From NCBI GenBank assembly GCA_964019425.1, contig OZ025793.1:1426001-1464323 (forward strand): a DNA stretch of 38,323 nucleotides, written 5' to 3'. Each line of letters opens with the position of its first letter. Position 1 is the first letter of the stretch. Shown in pieces: positions 32,584 to 38,323 of this stretch. The stretch is from Flectonema sp. DT1601 (taxonomy: Eukaryota). Under the pieces are notes generated by a model that saw only the letters and a program-made list of their open reading frames with translations, did no database searches and was not told the DNA's origin. The translations under genes were made by a program, and so were the position numbers.

Positions 32584-32884
32584 CCCCCACCCCCGAGAAC
32601 TATGATCCACCTCCACGCGTTGTTCTTGGATAGTCTCTATCTCGAGATGAACTAATCGATCCTTTTTATTTTTCTTTTAGACTCACTTCTTCCTCTCATT
32701 TTTTGATGTTAGCTGGATATCAGCTTTATGGTTCTTCTTCTTAAGACCGGCTTTCGCATGTTCTCTGTTTGTTCCCCGTTCTAACTCATTAACCGAAAAC
32801 GTCTTTCGACCGGGGTCTTTTTCTGTATCGCTATGCAAATAATAGATGCTTGTCTAGACTTTTCCCAAAGAGGAGCAGTGCCTG

Positions 32885-35800
32885 ACCCGCAAACCCGCAA
32901 ACCCGCAAACCCGCAAACCCGCAAACCCGCAAACTCGCAAACCCGCAAACCCGCAAACCCGCAAACCCGCAAACCCGCAAACCCGCAAACCCGCAAACCC
33001 GCAAACCCGCAAACCCGCAAACCCGCAAACCCGCAAACCCGCAAACCCGCAAACCCGCAAACCCGCAAACCCGCAAACCCGCAAACCCGCAAACCCGCAA
33101 ACCCGCAAACCCGCAAACCCGCAAACCCGCAAACCCGCAAACCCGCAAACCCGCAAACCCGCAAACCCGCAAACCCGCAAACCCGCAAACCCGCAAACCC
33201 GCAAACCCGCAAACCCGCAAACCCGCAAACCCGCAAACCCGCAAACCCGCAAACCCGCAAACCCGCAAACCCGCAAACCCGCAAACCCGCAAACCCGCAA
33301 ACCCGCAAACCCGCAAACCCGCAAACCCGCAAACCCGCAAACCCGCAAACCCGCAAACCCGCAAACCCGCAAACCCGCAAACCCGCAAACCCGCAAACCC
33401 GCAAACCCGCAAACCCGCAAACCCGCAAACCCGCAAACCCGCAAACCCGCAAACCCGCAAACCCGCAAACCCGCAAACCCGCAAACCCGCAAACCCGCAA
33501 ACCCGCAAACCCGCAAACCCGCAAACCCGCAAACCCGCAAACCCGCAAACCCGCAAACCCGCAAACCCGCAAACCCGCAAACCCGCAAACCCGCAAACCC
33601 GCAAACCCGCAAACCCGCAAACCCGCAAACCCGCAAACCCGCAAACCCGCAAACCCGCAAACCCGCAAACCCGCAAACCCGCAAACCCGCAAACCCGCAA
33701 ACCCGCAAACCCGCAAACCCGCAAACCCGCAAACCCGCAAACCCGCAAACCCGCAAACCCGCAAACCCGCAAACCCGCAAACCCGCAAACCCGCAAACCC
33801 GCAAACCCGCAAACCCGCAAACCCGCAAACCCGCAAACCCGCAAACCCGCAAACCCGCAAACCCGCAAACCCGCAAACCCGCAAACCCGCAAACCCGCAA
33901 ACCCGCAAACCCGCAAACCCGCAAACCCGCAAACCCGCAAACCCGCAAACCCGCAAACCCGCAAACCCGCAAACCCGCAAACCCGCAAACCCGCAAACCC
34001 GCAAACCCGCAAACCCGCAAACCCGCAAACCCGCAAACCCGCAAACCCGCAAACCCGCAAACCCGCAAACCCGCAAACCCGCAAACCCGCAAACCCGCAA
34101 ACCCGCAAACCCGCAAACCCGCAAACCCGCAAACCCGCAAACCCGCAAACCCGCAAACCCGCAAACCCGCAAACCCGCAAACCCGCAAACCCGCAAACCC
34201 GCAAACCCGCAAACCCGCAAACCCGCAAACCCGCAAACCCGCAAACCCGCAAACCCGCAAACCCGCAAACCCGCAAACCCGCAAACCCGCAAACCCGCAA
34301 ACCCGCAAACCCGCAAACCCGCAAACCCGCAAACCCGCAAACCCGCAAACCCGCAAACCCGCAAACCCGCAAACCCGCAAACCCGCAAACCCGCAAACCC
34401 GCAAACCCGCAAACCCGCAAACCCGCAAACCCGCAAACCCGCAAACCCGCAAACCCGCAAACCCGCAAACCCGCAAACCCGCAAACCCGCAAACCCGCAA
34501 ACCCGCAAACCCGCAAACCCGCAAACCCGCAAACCCGCAAACCCGCAAACCCGCAAACCCGCAAACCCGCAAACCCGCAAACCCGCAAACCCGCAAACCC
34601 GCAAACCCGCAAACCCGCAAACCCGCAAACCCGCAAACCCGCAAACCCGCAAACCCGCAAACCCGCAAACCCGCAAACCCGCAAACCCGCAAACCCGCAA
34701 ACCCGCAAACCCGCAAACCCGCAAACCCGCAAACCCGCAAACCCGCAAACCCGCAAACCCGCAAACCCGCAAACCCGCAAACCCGCAAACCCGCAAACCC
34801 GCAAACCCGCAAACCCGCAAACCCGCAAACCCGCAAACCCGCAAACCCGCAAACCCGCAAACCCGCAAACCCGCAAACCCGCAAACCCGCAAACCCGCAA
34901 ACCCGCAAACCCGCAAACCCGCAAACCCGCAAACCCGCAAACCCGCAAACCCGCAAACCCGCAAACCCGCAAACCCGCAAACCCGCAAACCCGCAAACCC
35001 GCAAACCCGCAAACCCGCAAACCCGCAAACCCGCAAACCCGCAAACCCGCAAACCCGCAAACCCGCAAACCCGCAAACCCGCAAACCCGCAAACCCGCAA
35101 ACCCGCAAACCCGCAAACCCGCAAACCCGCAAACCCGCAAACCCGCAAACCCGCAAACCCGCAAACCCGCAAACCCGCAAACCCGCAAACCCGCAAACCC
35201 GCAAACCCGCAAACCCGCAAACCCGCAAACCCGCAAACCCGCAAACCCGCAAACCCGCAAACCCGCAAACCCGCAAACCCGCAAACCCGCAAACCCGCAA
35301 ACCCGCAAACCCGCAAACCCGCAAACCCGCAAACCCGCAAACCCGCAAACCCGCAAACCCGCAAACCCGCAAACCCGCAAACCCGCAAACCCGCAAACCC
35401 GCAAACCCGCAAACCCGCAAACCCGCAAACCCGCAAACCCGCAAACCCGCAAACCCGCAAACCCGCAAACCCGCAAACCCGCAAACCCGCAAACCCGCAA
35501 ACCCGCAAACCCGCAAACCCGCAAACCCGCAAACCCGCAAACCCGCAAACCCGCAAACCCGCAAACCCGCAAACCCGCAAACCCGCAAACCCGCAAACCC
35601 GCAAACCCGCAAACCCGCAAACCCGCAAACCCGCAAACCCGCAAACCCGCAAACCCGCAAACCCGCAAACCCGCAAACCCGCAAACCCGCAAACCCGCAA
35701 ACCCGCAAACCCGCAAACCCGCAAACCCGCAAACCCGCAAACCCGCAAACCCGCAAACCCGCAAACCCGCAAACCCGCAAACCCGCAAACCCGCAAACCC

Positions 35801-38323
35801 GCAAACCCGCAAACCCGCAAACCCGCAAACCCGCAAACCCGCAAACCCGCAAACCCGCAAACCCGCAAACCCGCAAACCCGCAAACCCGCAAACCCGCAA
35901 ACCCGCAAACCCGCAAACCCGCAAACCCGCAAACCCGCAAACCCGCAAACCCGCAAACCCGCAAACCCGCAAACCCGCAAACCCGCAAACCCGCAAACCC
36001 GCAAACCCGCAAACCCGCAAACCCGCAAACCCGCAAACCCGCAAACCCGCAAACCCGCAAACCCGCAAACCCGCAAACCCGCAAACCCGCAAACCCGCAA
36101 ACCCGCAAACCCGCAAACCCGCAAACCCGCAAACCCGCAAACCCGCAAACCCGCAAACCCGCAAACCCGCAAACCCGCAAACCCGCAAACCCGCAAACCC
36201 GCAAACCCGCAAACCCGCAAACCCGCAAACCCGCAAACCCGCAAACCCGCAAACCCGCAAACCCGCAAACCCGCAAACCCGCAAACCCGCAAACCCGCAA
36301 ACCCGCAAACCCGCAAACCCGCAAACCCGCAAACCCGCAAACCCGCAAACCCGCAAACCCGCAAACCCGCAAACCCGCAAACCCGCAAACCCGCAAACCC
36401 GCAAACCCGCAAACCCGCAAACCCGCAAACCCGCAAACCCGCAAACCCGCAAACCCGCAAACCCGCAAACCCGCAAACCCGCAAACCCGCAAACCCGCAA
36501 ACCCGCAAACCCGCAAACCCGCAAACCCGCAAACCCGCAAACCCGCAAACCCGCAAACCCGCAAACCCGCAAACCCGCAAACCCGCAAACCCGCAAACCC
36601 GCAAACCCGCAAACCCGCAAACCCGCAAACCCGCAAACCCGCAAACCCGCAAACCCGCAAACCCGCAAACCCGCAAACCCGCAAACCCGCAAACCCGCAA
36701 ACCCGCAAACCCGCAAACCCGCAAACCCGCAAACCCGCAAACCCGCAAACCCGCAAACCCGCAAACCCGCAAACCCGCAAACCCGCAAACCCGCAAACCC
36801 GCAAACCCGCAAACCCGCAAACCCGCAAACCCGCAAACCCGCAAACCCGCAAACCCGCAAACCCGCAAACCCGCAAACCCGCAAACCCGCAAACCCGCAA
36901 ACCCGCAAACCCGCAAACCCGCAAACCCGCAAACCCGCAAACCCGCAAACCCGCAAACCCGCAAACCCGCAAACCCGCAAACCCGCAAACCCGCAAACCC
37001 GCAAACCCGCAAACCCGCAAACCCGCAAACCCGCAAACCCGCAAACCCGCAAACCCGCAAACCCGCAAACCCGCAAACCCGCAAACCCGCAAACCCGCAA
37101 ACCCGCAAACCCGCAAACCCGCAAACCCGCAAACCCGCAAACCCGCAAACCCGCAAACCCGCAAACCCGCAAACCCGCAAACCCGCAAACCCGCAAACCC
37201 GCAAACCCGCAAACCCGCAAACCCGCAAACCCGCAAACCCGCAAACCCGCAAACCCGCAAACCCGCAAACCCGCAAACCCGCAAACCCGCAAACCCGCAA
37301 ACCCGCAAACCCGCAAACCCGCAAACCCGCAAACCCGCAAACCCGCAAACCCGCAAACCCGCAAACCCGCAAACCCGCAAACCCGCAAACCCGCAAACCC
37401 GCAAACCCGCAAACCCGCAAACCCGCAAACCCGCAAACCCGCAAACCCGCAAACCCGCAAACCCGCAAACCCGCAAACCCGCAAACCCGCAAACCCGCAA
37501 ACCCGCAAACCCGCAAACCCGCAAACCCGCAAACCCGCAAACCCGCAAACCCGCAAACCCGCAAACCCGCAAACCCGCAAACCCGCAAACCCGCAAACCC
37601 GCAAACCCGCAAACCCGCAAACCCGCAAACCCGCAAACCCGCAAACCCGCAAACCCGCAAACCCGCAAACCCGCAAACCCGCAAACCCGCAAACCCGCAA
37701 ACCCGCAAACCCGCAAACCCGCAAACCCGCAAACCCGCAAACCCGCAAACCCGCAAACCCGCAAACCCGCAAACCCGCAAACCCGCAAACCCGCAAACCC
37801 GCAAACCCGCAAACCCGCAAACCCGCAAACCCGCAAACCCGCAAACCCGCAAACCCGCAAACCCGCAAACCCGCAAACCCGCAAACCCGCAAACCCGCAA
37901 ACCCGCAAACCCGCAAACCCGCAAACCCGCAAACCCGCAAACCCGCAAACCCGCAAACCCGCAAACCCGCAAACCCGCAAACCCGCAAACCCGCAAACCC
38001 GCAAACCCGCAAACCCGCAAACCCGCAAACCCGCAAACCCGCAAACCCGCAAACCCGCAAACCCGCAAACCCGCAAACCCGCAAACCCGCAAACCCGCAA
38101 ACCCGCAAACCCGCAAACCCGCAAACCCGCAAACCCGCAAACCCGCAAACCCGCAAACCCGCAAACCCGCAAACCCGCAAACCCGCAAACCCGCAAACCC
38201 GCAAACCCGCAAACCCGCAAACCCGCAAACCCGCAAACCCGCAAACCCGCAAACCCGCAAACCCGCAAACCCGCAAACCCGCAAACCCGCAAACCCGCAA
38301 ACCCGCAAACTCCGCAAACCCGC
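32885..38323. repeat. 8-bp satellite (CCCGCAAA)n / (TTTGCGGG)n, about 680 copies, running off the window end
   Basis: 5,439 bp of near-perfect repeat. The only variants seen are CTCGCAAA near 32935 and a single T insertion at 38311. Confidence 0.99.

Noticed and set aside
32781..38317. Three ~1,800-aa minus-strand ORFs of (RVCGFAGL)n
   Set aside because: The 8-bp unit has no stop codon in any frame and the 'starts' are TTG. These are artefacts of the satellite.
32885..38323. Canonical chromosome telomere at the window end
   Set aside because: The C-rich strand runs toward the end, opposite to telomere polarity, and I cannot see whether the array is terminal.

Overview
Eukaryotic (protist-like) genomic DNA with spliceosomal GT-AG introns. 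(1) Positions 1-25714 hold one giant + strand gene, 5'-truncated by the window edge. Five exons (2-8200, 8278-20122, 20189-25274, 25382-25520, 25595-25714) splice in frame into at least 8,462 aa. The product looks like a cell-surface multipass membrane protein. Its ectodomain has Cys-rich EGF/laminin-like repeats, PPC-like, propeller-like and IPT/Ig-like modules, and two Gly/Met-rich (GGEGGDPMM) tandem arrays. It ends in about 8-9 TM helices with a B-box zinc finger in a long internal loop and a C-terminal EF-hand. Several domains appear to be split by very large nested insertions. (2) Positions ~25.8-32.9 kb are an AT-rich region of decayed genes: a frameshifted Crinkler/RHS-type (NTPase + PD-(D/E)xK nuclease) gene, a degenerate non-LTR reverse-transcriptase fragment, a Cys-rich secreted-protein relic and a 77-bp direct-repeat pair. 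(3) From 32885 to the window end runs a nearly perfect 8-bp satellite, (CCCGCAAA)n, about 680 copies. It is telomere-like in composition but oriented opposite to a right-hand telomere. Domain calls are by-eye motif recognition and were not confirmed by database search. The taxon, possibly an intron-bearing euglenozoan such as a diplonemid, is only a weak inference.
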